The notes under the pieces were generated by a model that was given only the letters and a program-made list of their open reading frames with translations, made no database searches and was not told the origin of the DNA. A stretch of DNA of 63,856 bases, the filler included, from Octopus bimaculoides (taxonomy: Eukaryota): assembly GCF_001194135.2 (NCBI RefSeq). It is 5 parts of 4 records of this genome, joined end to end, with 100 filler letters (N's around TTAATTAATTAA, not from the genome) between each part and the next. Parts side by side here need not be neighbours in the genome. Positions count along the whole stretch, not along the records: positions 28,618 to 48,727 come from NC_068984.1; positions 48,828 to 58,539 come from NC_068982.1; 3 more parts are not named here. One strand, written 5' to 3'. Of the stretch, positions 38,854 to 52,229 are shown one piece after another; positions within the stretch are counted from its first letter, which is position 1; each line of letters begins with the position of its first letter. Position numbers and translations under genes: made by a program.

Positions 38854-41779
38854 AAGCCTATGTACGTGCATGATTGTATGTAGATATACGTGTGTGTGTG
38901 TGTATTTGTGCATCTTGACTTGACATCGCGTGATTGTTGCAAACGAGCGTTACAGTAATACATGCGGTGTTATTCGCTTCTAGTCTTTCATGGAAAAATA
39001 TCTGGCCCGAGGGAAACATTACACTGCTTGGAAACCATTGAGGGATGACGACACGAAAGGCGTCCAGCTGTAAAATATCTGCCTCAACGAATTCTGTCAG
39101 AACCAAGCAAGCGAGGAAAAGTGAAAGCGGTGATAGAGACGAAGATAACAACGACAACGGTGCTTCTGTTGCTGCTGTTGATGATGATAACGCTTTGACG
39201 ATGATGATGGTGACGGTAATGACGACGATCATGATGGATGATGATGATGATGATGATGATGGGTTATAGCCCAAAATTTTAAAGCAATTTATTTGACTCT
39301 TCATTCCGTTGCTGATGAAGCAGCTTCTCGAAAATACTCGAGGTTATAATCCTAATAGCGTTGTTCTGCTCCAGGATTAGATATCTTTTAATCATATAAA
39401 ATGTTATAAATATTAAATACGTTTCCATTTTCGAAACTGTTCTATAATATAGTGTAATTGGGCCGTAAATGTCGCTAATAACTACTATAATATACACAAT
39501 TTCCATTAACAGACCGGACAAAATGCTTAGCGACGTTTCGTCTGTTTTTACTTTCTGAGTTCTGCCGAAATCGGCTTTCCTTTTCATCCTACCTGGGTCG
39601 ATAAAACTAGTCAAGACCAGGAATCAATGTAATCGACTTACGCTCCCTCCAAAAATTGCTGGCCCTCGCAAAATTTTGAATCTATTATACATTGTGTGTA
39701 TACTATACTATATACACTGATCTGTGCTTGTCAAAAGACCTCTCTTGTAAAATGTTTCATGTCTATCATTGAGTATAACCCAAATTAATTTGATCAAAGA
39801 GGAAACCAACTCTTTCGAGTGACACTGTCTCAAACTCTGCACTGGAAACTTACGAAATGTATACTTGTTTGGATTGTATGGTAAGGATGATGCTTATGGA
39901 TAGTGTTGTAGTTGTAGTCTGGGATATATTAAGATGTTCCTATATTTGAGAGTAATTACATTGTGTAACAAAATTTCAGTAGGTGTTATTTCCTATTTGC
40001 TTCTATCAAGAAATCAAAGGAAATGATTGATTTTCCTTTCAAAATTTGCTTTTGTGACCTGGACATCAATGTTTTGAAACTGACCTATTTTCCATTACAT
40101 TTCAAACAGATTCTGCGCTGAGTTGCTGAAGCAGAAATATCGTTATAGCAAATATTCTGCTCAATACCACACACTTACTTGTCTGTTGCTTATCCTCAAG
40201 CACTTGAGCATGTCCCTCAGTGGTTGACAATATGAGCATCTCTGAACAGGAGCAGGAGTAGTAGCGGTTGGGGGGGGCGTCATAAACATGTGTTGAGAAG
40301 GATTCTTTGGGATTTGAATAAATGTAACAAAAGTAAAGTTTGAAGGAAATTTTATCCATTTTTCATACTCTCTACTGGAGAGTAAATAGGAAATAACAGT
40401 TACTACCTTAGGACAAAAATCGTGTTATACAGTCCTAAGTATTGGTAAGTGCTTTGAGTTGTAGAATTTATCAGTAAATTAGATCTAGCTCTATATAATC
40501 TCTGTGCTCACAGACTACAGGCACACGTCTATTTTGAGTATTTTCGTTTCAATTTATAGATGATAAGCAGAACCGTTATCTCTCCGGGTAAACTGCTGAA
40601 CGGTATTTCGTCCGTCTTTACGTTCTAAGCTCAAATTCCACCGAAGTCGACATTGCCTTTCATCCTTTAAGGTCTCTAAAATAAATACCAGTTGAGCACT
40701 GGGGTCGATATAGTTAACTTTGCCTCGTCTTCGAAATTCTTGTGAAGAGGGTATCTGGACACTAAGCAAAACTAAAAGCAAGACCTGTTGAAGGACGTAC
40801 GAGCTCCTTGTGGGTCAACGGCTATCCAGTTGGAGAAGACACTAGCAAACTACCCCAATATCTCTGCCGAGAAACAGTATGAGAAAGTCAGAACGAAGTA
40901 ACGCTACGGCTTCATCCGATTGGAGAGCTCGCGCATAATCGGGAAGACCCGTTCTAGTCAACAACGCGCTGTAAAAGCGTACGATTGATGACGACCTAAA
41001 CGATAAGTGTGTACAATTGCTTGTTTTATGACTTATGTTGACAGTTTTCCGCACTTTATTAACTTTTTATTAGATTTATTATTTAGTTATTTTTATTGAG
41101 TAGTTTTGTCGGTCTTTAACTATTTTATGAGTTCTGCACAAAATAGCAAGAATACAAACTGTAACGTATCTATTCATTCTTAATATATTCTAGCTGATTT
41201 GCACATGAGTATCTCATCGCTGTTATTGCTTTCTTTTGTCATCGGAGAAAACCTCCTCTCTTTAGACGACGTGAGTTTATAACACACGCAGTTTACCGAT
41301 GTTAGGCCATTTTGGGACACTGTCGTGTTTCGACCATCTTGTATGTCTCCTCAGTCAAAGTTACCCTACCGAATCGATGATCCTAACAAGAGATCATGTT
41401 TCGGTTTATAAAAACCAGCAAACAAATGCCTAATCAGATTTAACATCTTAAGTGTTCCAGCTATGGCTATTATCCTTTGAGGCAACAGGCATTTAAGATT
41501 ACAGTATGCGATGTACTTTTACCGTTGCAAGAGGGTACTATTTATTGGCTATAGTGCTAGCAGTAGGCACTGTTGCTTTATTGCAGTGGCCATGATGTAA
41601 AATCTGTTGCTGCTGAATGTTTTGAAAAGAAACGTTGGATCTTGCTGGGAGTGGTCTAAGAGGTTTTGTCGTAGTTTGTGAATGTATTTTTGATGTATGC
41701 ATGCATGCATGTATGTATGTATGTATGTATGTATGTATGTATGTATGTATGTATGTATGTATGCGTGTATGCATGCTTG

Positions 41780-41820
<41 letters not shown>

Positions 41821-43179
41821 CGCATGNNNNNNNNNNNNNNNNNNNNNNNNNNNNNNNNNNNNNNNNNNNNNNNNNNNNNNNNNNNNNNNNNNNNNNNNNN
41901 NNNNNNNNNNNNNNNNNNNNNNNNNNNNNNNNNNNNNNNNNNNNNNNNNNNNNNNNNNNNNNNNNNNNNNNNNNNNNNNNNNNNNAGATATCATGATATT
42001 CAATTCAAGTCAGGTATCTTTTGGCTCAAAGAACATTTTTATACGAAAATAGTTTTCCGTTCTACATATTATTTTGAATTCAGAAGTTGACACTTCAAAA
42101 GCAACTACGCTATTAAACTTTGTTTAGCCGCTTGCTTAGACAACAGATGGTGCTACTGTTCTTCACAGATGACTGAATTGTATTTACTACATGTTCATTG
42201 GAACACGTGTTGCGTTCGTCCTTCATTACTTTTTTTTTTTTGTTTTTACATAACTTTACGTATCTTTAGGTTTATATTCTTCGTTTACGCATAAGATGGC
42301 CGACGAAATATCTATGAAACTTACAAATGAAAACTTTGCGCATAAGGAATCCTTCCACTTTTCGATAATGCAAGCAAAGGAAATAATGAGCTTATAATGT
42401 TGATGTGAGATGGATTTAGAATTTTTGAGAGCGTGAACTAATCCAGGAACGGTGAATCCTGAAGCGAATAGAGCTTATAAATAATAACATATTAATATTG
42501 GGTTAAAAACTCTTTAGAAAGAAAAATTGAAGGTTGCCTCCATGGCTTGAACCCACACACTGTAGACATTATAGACTTTCTAAAATGGATAGAGAAGTTC
42601 AAAAGGACTGCTTTGATCCAATAGTAGAATGCCTGTCATGTTTAGAGGAGATGTAAATTTGTGCTCCACTGGCAAGGTTCGATATTTTCTATCCAAAGTG
42701 TCTTTTAATCCAGTCTTTTAATCCATAGGCTGTTATTTATAGCTCTATTTCCTTCATGATCCACCGTTCCGGTTTTTAATCCACTATTTCCACGCTATTA
42801 TTTAGAGCACTTTTGTTTCGAGATTCACCGATCCTAAAAATAAGATTATATTTTGGCAATGCGAGCAGAAAATTCTGTGCAAAGCAAAGCTGCATACTGA
42901 CGCTGGAAAACTGATAAGAGATCTAAATTTCTATTTGCTATGAGCTTCTGTTTCATTGCAAGAATTTGGTAAAACCGATCCACCCATTCCGATTGAATTC
43001 TGCATAGTTTCAGGCCAGCCATTTACCAGAAATACGAACGAAAATGATTTAAGAATATTACATGTGATGTATTTATAATATGTGATGTATTATATGTAAT
43101 GTATTATATGCAAAATATATGTTATATATTACGTATGAAAGGCGGTAAATCTGAGCTTTTAGAACATTAGTTTGTATTG

Positions 43180-43445
43180 TAGCGCAGGCGTGGCTGTGTG
43201 GTAAGAAGCTTGCTTCCCAATTACATGTTTCCCGGTTCAGATCCACTGTGTAACACCTTGGGCAAGTATCTATCTTCTGCTCTAGCCTCGGACCAACTAA
43301 AGCCTTGTAAGTGGATTTGGTAGGCAGAAATTGAAAGAAACCCATCGTATATCTATCTATGTAACGTACTAAATAACTAACTAACTAACTATTCATCTAT
43401 ATGTTTTTCTCTGTATTTGTCCCGCACCACCACTTGACAAGCGGT
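43180..43445 (+). mobile_element. SINE family 1
   Basis: agcgcaggcgtggctgtgtggtaagaagcttgcttccc head and gcctcggaccaactaaagccttg body. Confidence 0.8.
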
Positions 43446-44319
43446 AGTAGTAGTAGTAGTAGTAGCAGCAGCAGCAGCAGTAGCAGCAGTAGTAGTAGTA
43501 GTAGTAGTAGTTGTTGTTGTTGTTGTTTATGAAACCAAGCTCAGATCAACGCCATGTACTTTAATGAAATTGATTTCCGATAACCTGATGTAATGCTATC
43601 TATAATAGACTGATCCCCCCACCCCTAAATCCCCCTCTACAACAGGACTGTGTTAACAAGCATTATAGCCTCCATCCCAGCCCCGAGCAAAGCAACACCT
43701 TGGGTGGGGGTCAATAGTATTTATTTATTGAAGGCAAGCCATAACATACATAGATTAACATTGAGCCCTTAGATTTGCAAGGAGCTCCGGGCAACCTTTA
43801 ATTGTGCTTATACATTGATACAGCAGTGTACCTATTGCAAGGGGACATCTTTGTCTTGTCTGTCATGTCTTAAACAGATCGAATACTGGAGTAGCGGGAA
43901 GCTTTTACAAGTATTTACATGTGCTATAATCGAACAAATAGCCTGATTCGATGCTTTGGTGTAAGAGATCGATTCTACTTAACTCAGTATACTAATTGAT
44001 TGCTTATTATTTTCAATTGATTGGAGGTATTTCTATGGATTTTTCCTGCTATATTAAATCAATAAAGAATACATGTTCACGCGCATAGACACACTCACAC
44101 ACACACACACAAACACACTCACGTGCGCGGGCGCAAAGACATGCACACATATGCATACATGTGCATGTTTACATACATCAGGATATATAAAATGAACTCA
44201 ATCAAAGAAACGCAAATACGTTGTAGAATAAATCAGATAGACATACATACGCACATAAATGAATGTACACATAAAAGAAAAAAGACAATTTGAATAGGTG
44301 GTAGTTAATATGAAGACGG

Positions 44320-44346
44320 AGGTAAATAAAGAGATAGAGAGGGGGA

Positions 44347-44385
<39 letters not shown>

Positions 44386-44562
44386 AGGCGAGAGAATGAG
44401 GTGGTGTTTAAGTTGTTTTGGATGAAAAACAGAGAGGTTTGGATGTTGGATAGAGAAGAAATATTTTGATAGATGGGGATGAGAGAGAAGAGATTCGCGA
44501 AATGAGAGGAGAGAGAGCAAAAGATGGCGAAAGAGAGAGAGAGAAAGAGAGAGAGAGAGAGG

Positions 44563-44600
<38 letters not shown>
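44320..44600. repeat. (AG)n-rich purine tract
   Basis: Direct inspection. Confidence 0.9.
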
Positions 44601-44603
<3 letters not shown>

Positions 44604-45132
44604 TTAAGGGGAATATTACGTATGATTAATAAAGGACTTAGATTAAGAGGAAATCTAGTTGGATGAGGATAGGATAAAAGTGACTAGATAAGAGGCNNNN
44701 NNNNNNNNNNNNNNNNNNNNNNNNNNNNNNNNNNNNNNNNNNNNNNNNNNNNNNNNNNNNNNNNNNNNNNNNNNNNNNNNNNNNNNNNNNNNNNNNNNNN
44801 NNNNNNNNNNNNNNNNNNNNNNNNNNNNNNNNNNNNNNNNNNNNNNNNNNNNNNNNNNNNNNNNNNNNNNNNNNNNNNNNNNNNNNNNNNNNNNNNNNNN
44901 NNNNNNNNNNNNNNNNNNNNNNNNNNNNNNNNNNNNNNNNNNNNNNNNNNNNNNNNNNNNNNNNNNNNNNNNNNNNNNNNNNNNNNNNNNNNNNNNNNNN
45001 NNNNNNNNNNNNNNNNNNNNNNNNNNNNNNNNNNNNNNNAAGGTCAACCCCCTCCCCTACCTGCCTTGAGGTTTGTAATTTTGTGGCCAAAATGGTGCTT
45101 ATAGATAGCTAGATAGATAGATAGATAGATAG

Positions 45133-45165
<33 letters not shown>

Positions 45166-45852
45166 GAAAAACAGATAGAGAAACATAGATAAATGTATAG
45201 AGAGAAGATAAATTAAGTGAGTGACTATAAAATAGATAAGCCCATGAAAAAATACCAAAGAATTTTAAATATACGGATGCGCGCGCGTGTGAGTGTGTGC
45301 GTGCGTGTGTATGTGTATGTTGCATATATATCCATATATACATATATATTAGTGTATATATAAATTTAAGCATTATTATTTCTAAATCTTTCATGGAGAG
45401 ATATTCAGTAACAGTTCTTTAAAGTAAAGACTATTTGGCATCATAATGTGACTGTACTGGAAAGGACGATTGTTACTGTTGTTTAGCCCTAGGAAACATT
45501 GTTTTCAGCTGGCTACAGGACACAATATCTATGTTGTTATATTTTCGAATAGGGAGCCCAGCATCCCCATCCAGCACAAAGCCACATCTGTGGACCGGTT
45601 TCTGGATTTTTGCTCTTTATCAACACAGAGTAGCTGCTTTGCTACATGGCATTGCTGAATTCCCGTTCTGAAATATATAGTTTTCAAAGTGACACACAGT
45701 TACTGATCTAAAATATAGTAACATTATTATTTCTAAATCTCTCAATGTGAGATATTCAGAAATAGTTCATTAACGTAAAGACTATTTGCCAACATAATGT
45801 GGCTGCCCTGAAAGTGACGATTGATACCGTTGTAGAGTAGGTACTGTTCAAT

Positions 45853-46256
45853 TCAGTCCATTATCGCTGAAGATTTGAGTATGAGACGCGCATCTGCCAA
45901 GTTTGTGCCAAAACTGCTTTCAGCTGACCAAAAGGACACTTGAGTTTCAGTTGCACAAGAGAACAATGAAAACTTTCTGAAAATTTTGCGTAGGCCTCTG
46001 AGCAGGTATCGCCAAGATTTTGGCAAGGTTTGATACAGATTCTTTGCTTAACTTTGTCATGGTGAATGCGACTATCATACGCTGAACACCTTCCTTCCAA
46101 GCACTGCTGTAAAGAGCGGAAGTGAGCTAGAACGTTAAAACTTAGAACGCATGCACAGCAGAGTAGAAGTTTAGTCTGTGCCGAGCAGCTTCACTCTCCG
46201 TGCTTTAGCTTCGTTACTATAGCAAAAGTCTGGATATCTATTGATCAGACTACGTA
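45853..46256. mobile_element. Rearranged mariner relic: 5' end and N-terminus on the minus strand joined to an inverted internal fragment
   Basis: Minus strand: TA-CGTAGTCTGATCAATAGATATCCAGACT terminus and KQRICIKPCQNLGDTCSEAYAK. Plus strand: QSIIAEDLSMRRASAKFVPKLLSADQKDT*VSVAQE (mariner GMRRVSAxWVPxxL motif). Confidence 0.7.
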
Positions 46257-46351
46257 TTTGTTTATTTTCTATAGTCAATATACGGTTTAGCCTTATAACT
46301 ATATTTACAAAATCTCAATCTCCCACCATTTCCTAATTCACGCAGAATTGG

Positions 46352-46353
46352 CA

Positions 46354-46432
<79 letters not shown>

Positions 46433-46528
46433 TTATCTGTCTGTCTGTCTATATACATAATACATACATACATACATACATACATATACATATACATATA
46501 CATACACACATACATACATACATACATA
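46352..46528. repeat. (TCTA)n/(TCTG)n/(TACA)n compound microsatellite
   Basis: Direct inspection. Confidence 0.95.
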
Positions 46529-47149
46529 NNNNNNNNNNNNNNNNNNNNNNNNNNNNNNNNNNNNNNNNNNNNNNNNNNNNNNNNNNNNNNNNNNNNNNNN
46601 NNNNNNNNNNNNNNNNNNNNNNNNNNNNNNNNNNNNNNNNNNNNNNNNNNNNNNNNNNNNNNNNNNNNNNNNNNNNNNNNNNNNNNNNNNNNNNNNNNNN
46701 NNNNNNNNNNNNNNNNNNNNNNNNNNNTATATGGGGAGAAGTACAATGAAGTCAAACCAAATAGCGATATTTTCAAAGCATTTAATTACGTACGCTTCAG
46801 AAATATAGTCTCTTCACTTCATTTCTGAATAGAGTGTCTTGTTCAAGGACACAATGTGCCACTGGGAATCAAATACCCTCGCCACTAAGTCACGCGCTCT
46901 CCCTAGATATGAATATAGAAATATATATGTATATATACACACATAGATATATGTATATTATGCGAAATATGTATGTGTATATACCTACGAATTTGTATGT
47001 ATTCATGCAATTGTGTATGTATGTACGTATGTATGTATGTATGTATGTATGTATGTATACATGTGTGTATGTATGTATGTGTGTATGTATGTATGTATGT
47101 GTGTATGTATGTATGTATGTATGTATGTATGCATGTATGTATAAATGTA

Positions 47150-47340
47150 TATAGGGCGGTCGATAAAATCGTTAGTACATCGGACAAATTGTTTTGCCGT
47201 ATTTGTTCCGGCTCTTTATGCTCTCTTTTCAATCCAGAAGTAGTCAACTCCATCTTTCATCCTTCCGGGTTCGATAAAAATGTACTAGTAGCAATGGTGT
47301 GATGGGTTCGATTTAATTGACTTCAAATAAGATATTGGTG
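47150..47340 (+). mobile_element. SINE family 2, degenerate
   Basis: Colinear with 9958-10110. Confidence 0.65.
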
Positions 47341-47577
47341 TCCCAAAGGTTGTCCGAAGTTGTGTACAGCATCGTTCTGGTATCTCCTCCAACAACAAAG
47401 CAGCGAACTTGTATTGGTCCCCGCCATTTGTTCGGACGACGTCGGTGGCGTGGATTGAAGTGACCTGTTGTATGGGTGATTACTGGTTTTCCATAAAGCC
47501 CTAGACTTACTAGTCGTATGTCCACTTCCGTCGCTGACCCACAGTTTCTCTAGATTAAATAATGTCAATGATGATGA

Positions 47578-47608
<31 letters not shown>

Positions 47609-47841
47609 TGTATGTAGTTATTCAGTTTTATTTCTAGCTTTCAAGATTTCATTCTAACAGAGAAAGAGTTGGTTTCGAACCTCAGTCCAAGACTCCTCCA
47701 ATAGAATTTTAAAAAACATCAATAAGGCATTTTTTTCTATATGTTCGTGTGTAAATATATGGAGCCGATACAAGTGCAGATTTGTATGTTTTGCTTTATA
47801 CATGTATTCTAATATATATAGTTGCATGTCTGGACATGCAC

Positions 47842-47881
<40 letters not shown>

Positions 47882-48727
47882 NNNNNNNNNNNNNNNNNNN
47901 NNNNNNNNNNNNNNNNNNNNNNNNNNNNNNNNNNNNNNNNNNNNNNNNNNNNNNNNNNNNNNNNNNNNNNNNNNNNNNNNNNNNNNNNNNNNNNNNNNNN
48001 NNNNNNNNNNNNNNNNNNNNNNNNNNNNNNNNNNNNNNNNNNNNNNNNNNNNNNNNNNNNNNNNNNNNNNNNNNNNNNNNNNNNNNNNNNNNNNNNNNNN
48101 NNNNNNNNNNNNNNNNNNNNNNNNNNNNNNNNNNNNNNNNNNNNNNNNNNNNNNNNNNNNNNNNNNNNNNNNNNNNNNNNNNNNNNNNNNNNNNNNNNNN
48201 NNNNNNNNNNNNNNNNNNNNNNNNNNNNNNNNNNNNNNNNNNNNNNNNNNNNNNNNNNNNNNNNNNNNNNNNNNNNNNNNNNNNNNNNNNNNNNNNNNNN
48301 NNNNNNNNNNNNNNNNNNNNNNNNNNNNNNNNNNNNNNNNNNNNNNNNNNNNNNNNNNNNNNNNNNNNNNNNNNNNNNNNNNNNNNNNNNNNNNNNNNNN
48401 NNNNNNNNNNNNNNNNNNNNNNNNNNNNNNNNNNNNNNNNNNNNNNNNNNNNNNNNNNNNNNNNNNNNNNNNNNNNNNNNNNNNNNNNNNNNNNNNNNNN
48501 NNNNNNNNNNNNNNNNNNNNNNTATATATACATACATACATACATACATACATACATACTTGAATGCTAAACGTTTAGAAAGTTTTATTAACTTTTGATA
48601 GTTACAATGATGGCGTGTATTTGCAATCTAATTAGTTTTCTCTTTTCTGGTTTTGAAAAGCCCAGTTTCTCAAGATTGGTGTTTAAGCAAGTTGCTATAT
48701 ATCCTAGCGCCCCAATAATCGTGCCCC

Positions 48728-48827
48728 NNNNNNNNNNNNNNNNNNNNNNNNNNNNNNNNNNNNNNNNNNNNTTAATTAATTAANNNNNNNNNNNNNNNNN
48801 NNNNNNNNNNNNNNNNNNNNNNNNNNN
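48728..48827. other. Artificial 100-bp scaffold spacer
   Basis: 44 N + TTAATTAATTAA (48772-48783) + 44 N. Confidence 0.95.
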
Positions 48828-48860
<33 letters not shown>

Positions 48861-49764
48861 GTATTTTAGGTGGCAAGTTGACCGAGTCATTATTGCTTAG
48901 TATAGAGTGTTTTGCAGTATTCGTTTTCGCTCTCTATTCTCTCAGTTCAATTATCACTGAGGTCCACTTTACTTTTTATCCTTTCGGATTCAGTAATTAA
49001 AGTATGACCCATGTACAAGGTCGGTCTTTCTTTCTTTCTCCGTACTTGGCTCTCTTTCATAAAGAAATCGGCTGAAGTCAGGCCTGCATTTGTGGAGGGA
49101 GGGAATCTGCTTGGTCCAAAATGACCCAATATCTGCCATATGTCTCAATGGCCTTTAAGAATCCATCAGGGGTTGGTCATCCAAAGTCAAAGCCATATAT
49201 ATATATATGTGTGTGTGTATGTGTGTGTGTGTGTTATTTGCATGTATGTATATATATATGGGTATATATATATGCGTCTGTGTGTTTGCGTGTGTGCGTG
49301 TGAGCGTTTATATACGTATGTATATACGTACGTGTGTATGTATGTATGTTTGTACATCACGTCTTTCTGTCTCCCAAATTCCATTCACAAGGCATTAGTC
49401 AACCTCGAAGCTATGGTAAAAGAAGCTTCCGCAATAGAACTGCACTCAAAATTACGTGGTTAAAAAGTGACCTTTTGAATCCCATCAGCGATGTCCCTGC
49501 CCTTACTTTACTTTGTGTTGGACATGATATAAATGTACTGCAGAACTAATATTCCAGCTTAGCTGATAGCTATGTAACTATAAAATAGAGTTAATTACTA
49601 GCTGAACTTAATGCACGCTCTCAACCAATCAATATTATTTAACTACCTTTCATTTAAGCCGTTACTGTCTAATTGGTGCATATCTTTTCAAAGTAGTCAT
49701 TATTTGTAAAACACATAATAAATAAGTATCTCATCAAATAAACGAAATAATTTACGATACGTAC

Positions 49765-49989
49765 CATCCATTTGCTTTTCCGGTCCTGTCGACAAGTCCA
49801 CGCAATCAACAAAATAAACATACACGTTATAGAAACAACCACAGCGAAAACGATACCATTGTTTGCAAGATCAAATTTCTGGAAAACTGTTGAGAAATCA
49901 ATGGTGTTTGGTGGGACAAAGAAACTGTTGGCCACAGTTACTTCTCCTCTACTTTGACATCGACATTTTATAGACGATCCCCACTCCAT
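49765..49989 (-). CDS. Exon of PKD1L-family protein; C-terminal half of GPS and first transmembrane helix
   Basis: 225-nt phase 0/0 exon; acceptor ttcaactag| (49991-49990), donor ATG|gtacgt (49764-49763). Encodes MEWGSSIKCRCQSRGEVTVANSFFVPPNTIDFSTVFQKFDLANNGIVFAVVVSITCMFILLIAWTCRQDRKSKWM. FFVPPNTIDF, then a hydrophobic helix, then W-x-R-x-D-R/K is characteristic of polycystin-1-like proteins just before the PLAT domain. Confidence 0.93.
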
Positions 49990-50113
49990 CTAGTTGAATA
50001 TAAATAATAAGAAACAATCAAATATTTAGAAGCAAAAGTAACCAAAAATAAATCAACATTTTCTATAAAAACGAAATTATATATTATATGAATTCATTAT
50101 TAATAGCAGCATT

Positions 50114-50315
50114 AAGGCGGCGAGCTGGCAGAAACGTTAGCACGCCGGGCGAAATGTCTAGCGGTATTTCGTCTGCTGTTACGTTCTGAGTTCAAATTCC
50201 GCCGAGGTCGACTTTGCCTTTCATCCTTTCGGGGAATTTGAATACAGAACCTAAAGACAGACGAACTGTTGCTAAGCATTTTGCCCAGCGTGCTAACGAT
50301 TCTTCTATCTCACCG
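50114..50315. mobile_element. SINE family 2 copy (+, 50114-50235) followed by an inverted partial copy (-, 50255-50315)
   Basis: cgttagcacgccgggcgaaatg on the + strand versus its reverse complement cattttgcccagcgtgctaacg. Confidence 0.75.
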
Positions 50316-51099
50316 TCTAAAATAACAATAAAACAACACAACAATAACAACGACAATAATAATAATAAAAGTTGTCGTTGTTGTTGCAAATTTTGGGGAG
50401 GGATCTAGTCGATTATTTCGAACTAAAACTCACCTGGTACTTTATTTCATCGACCCAGAGAAGATGAAATATAGCGCTTGATAATAATACTAACGTTTCT
50501 AATATAGTAACTTTTGATTATATTGTCACGTACCAACAAATGACCGAATTGGTTGGAATACGTACAAAATGCCTCCGTATTTTACCACAAGACCCTGAGT
50601 TCTAAGTTTGAATGTCGCAAAAGGCGGTTTTTGCTTTTCATCCTTCCAACGCCAATAAAATAAATAGCAGACAAGAAACCGTCTGTCTTATCCCAGTAAA
50701 ATGATGGCATTCTGCCAATGCCAGAAATCTATTATATAATATAATCGATACAGATTTGAGAGCTCTATCAATATTTCACTTTTATTATATCACACGAATG
50801 CGGCATCTCTTTAGATGTGAGAATTAATACGAAAGGAAGTTAAGGTAAAATTTCTTGAATGCGCTTAGAAAATATTATCTATGACAATTACGGATATTAA
50901 TATTGCTATTTGAAGGAACTGACCTATACTTGGAGACTTCTAAACAGAATGAGACATGTCTGAATATGTCTTATACTAATCATTTGATTTTGCTTTCACT
51001 CTTTAATTTTCTGAATATTAAATATGCCTTCACTTAACTATTCTTTATTACTTTTACATTAATTCCCTAACCAGTCTGTGCCAACAAATATATTTGTGT

Positions 51100-51350
51100 G
51101 CGTGTTTACTAAGTGATTCGTTCGTTATTAGTTTGACAAGTAACGGTATGTTTGCCTTTCGTTGAAGAGTTTCAAACAGAGCAAAACATGTCAACTTGTG
51201 CAGAGTTATCACGGTCCATGTTTCAGTACCATGTAGTATGGACTGTTCATAGAGAAACAGTGCACACTTCAACTTTCACTATAATGAAGAGACTCTTTGT
51301 TATTAGCAGGTACATTAACTCCCTGAACTCCATCCCATTCTTGTCCTAGC
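51100..51350 (-). mobile_element. Degenerate RTE-type LINE fragment
   Basis: SILHGTETWTV resembles the xxLHGSETWAV motif of the RTE copy at about 60350-60390. Confidence 0.45.
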
Positions 51351-52229
51351 AACTATACTTTCAGAACATCCTCATCCACTGCAAGTCATTAACAGATAAT
51401 ATTTTTATTATGCCTCGTATTTCAGCTTAGTTTGCTTGTTTAATGTTCCAAATATTAAATATGCATTCAGCTTCTTATATTTACTGGCAATTTGTCAATA
51501 TCATTTCAGACATGACTGCTTTTCATTCTAATTGTACCATTTGCTAATGAAATTACGTTTATGACGATCGTATAGCTGAATCAATGTTAACCTCTAAGAT
51601 ATCTTGTGTAAAAAATACAAGCTTCGTTATTAAGTTAGCTATTAAATTCACTATTCATTTTCATTTTTTTTAATATCATAAAACATGTCACATTTATTTT
51701 ATTAAATCTGATAAGGTCTCGGTGCTCATAACTCTCTTAAAATTGCTCCGACGGGTGAGGCTGATGCATATTATGCTCATGTGAAATTTTCATGATTGAT
51801 TTTGGTAGAGAAAATTGAAGCAGGACAGTTGTCCCAGAAGATATCAGTTTGAATCATTGGACAAATAAAGTATTGAGCAGTCAGATGAGTGAGGAGAATA
51901 ACACATAATAGGCATAACGAGAGGAAGAGGAGTGGTTGCATTGGATGGGTTTCGACAGGTTTGATATACAGCTCGGCGAGTTCAGCAGAGTAGAAACTGA
52001 TGCAATAGTGCTAGAAGAGGTTGGAGACGGACACACAATAGCTGTGCGCTAGTTGTTATTGTGTGTTTCTGCATAAAATTTGTCTATCAGTTTGATAGTT
52101 TCTTATATGGGAGACAGTTGGGTAATGTATGTGCTTGAATAACATGCATGATTTTCGCTATGATTTTCGCTATCTTTTGCACCACAGAACTTCGGTGAGA
52201 GCAGTTGTACCATCGTTAGTTGTCGCGGA

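Noticed and set aside
39308-39345. CTGATGAAGCAGCTTCTCGAAA as a hammerhead
   Set aside because: The best hairpin (GAAG/CTTC) sequesters the core; no stem I or NUH pairing.
49669-49764. ORF extension past the TM1 exon donor as a true C-terminus
   Set aside because: The gtacgt donor is at the expected position before PLAT, and the read-through sequence is AT-rich and intron-like.
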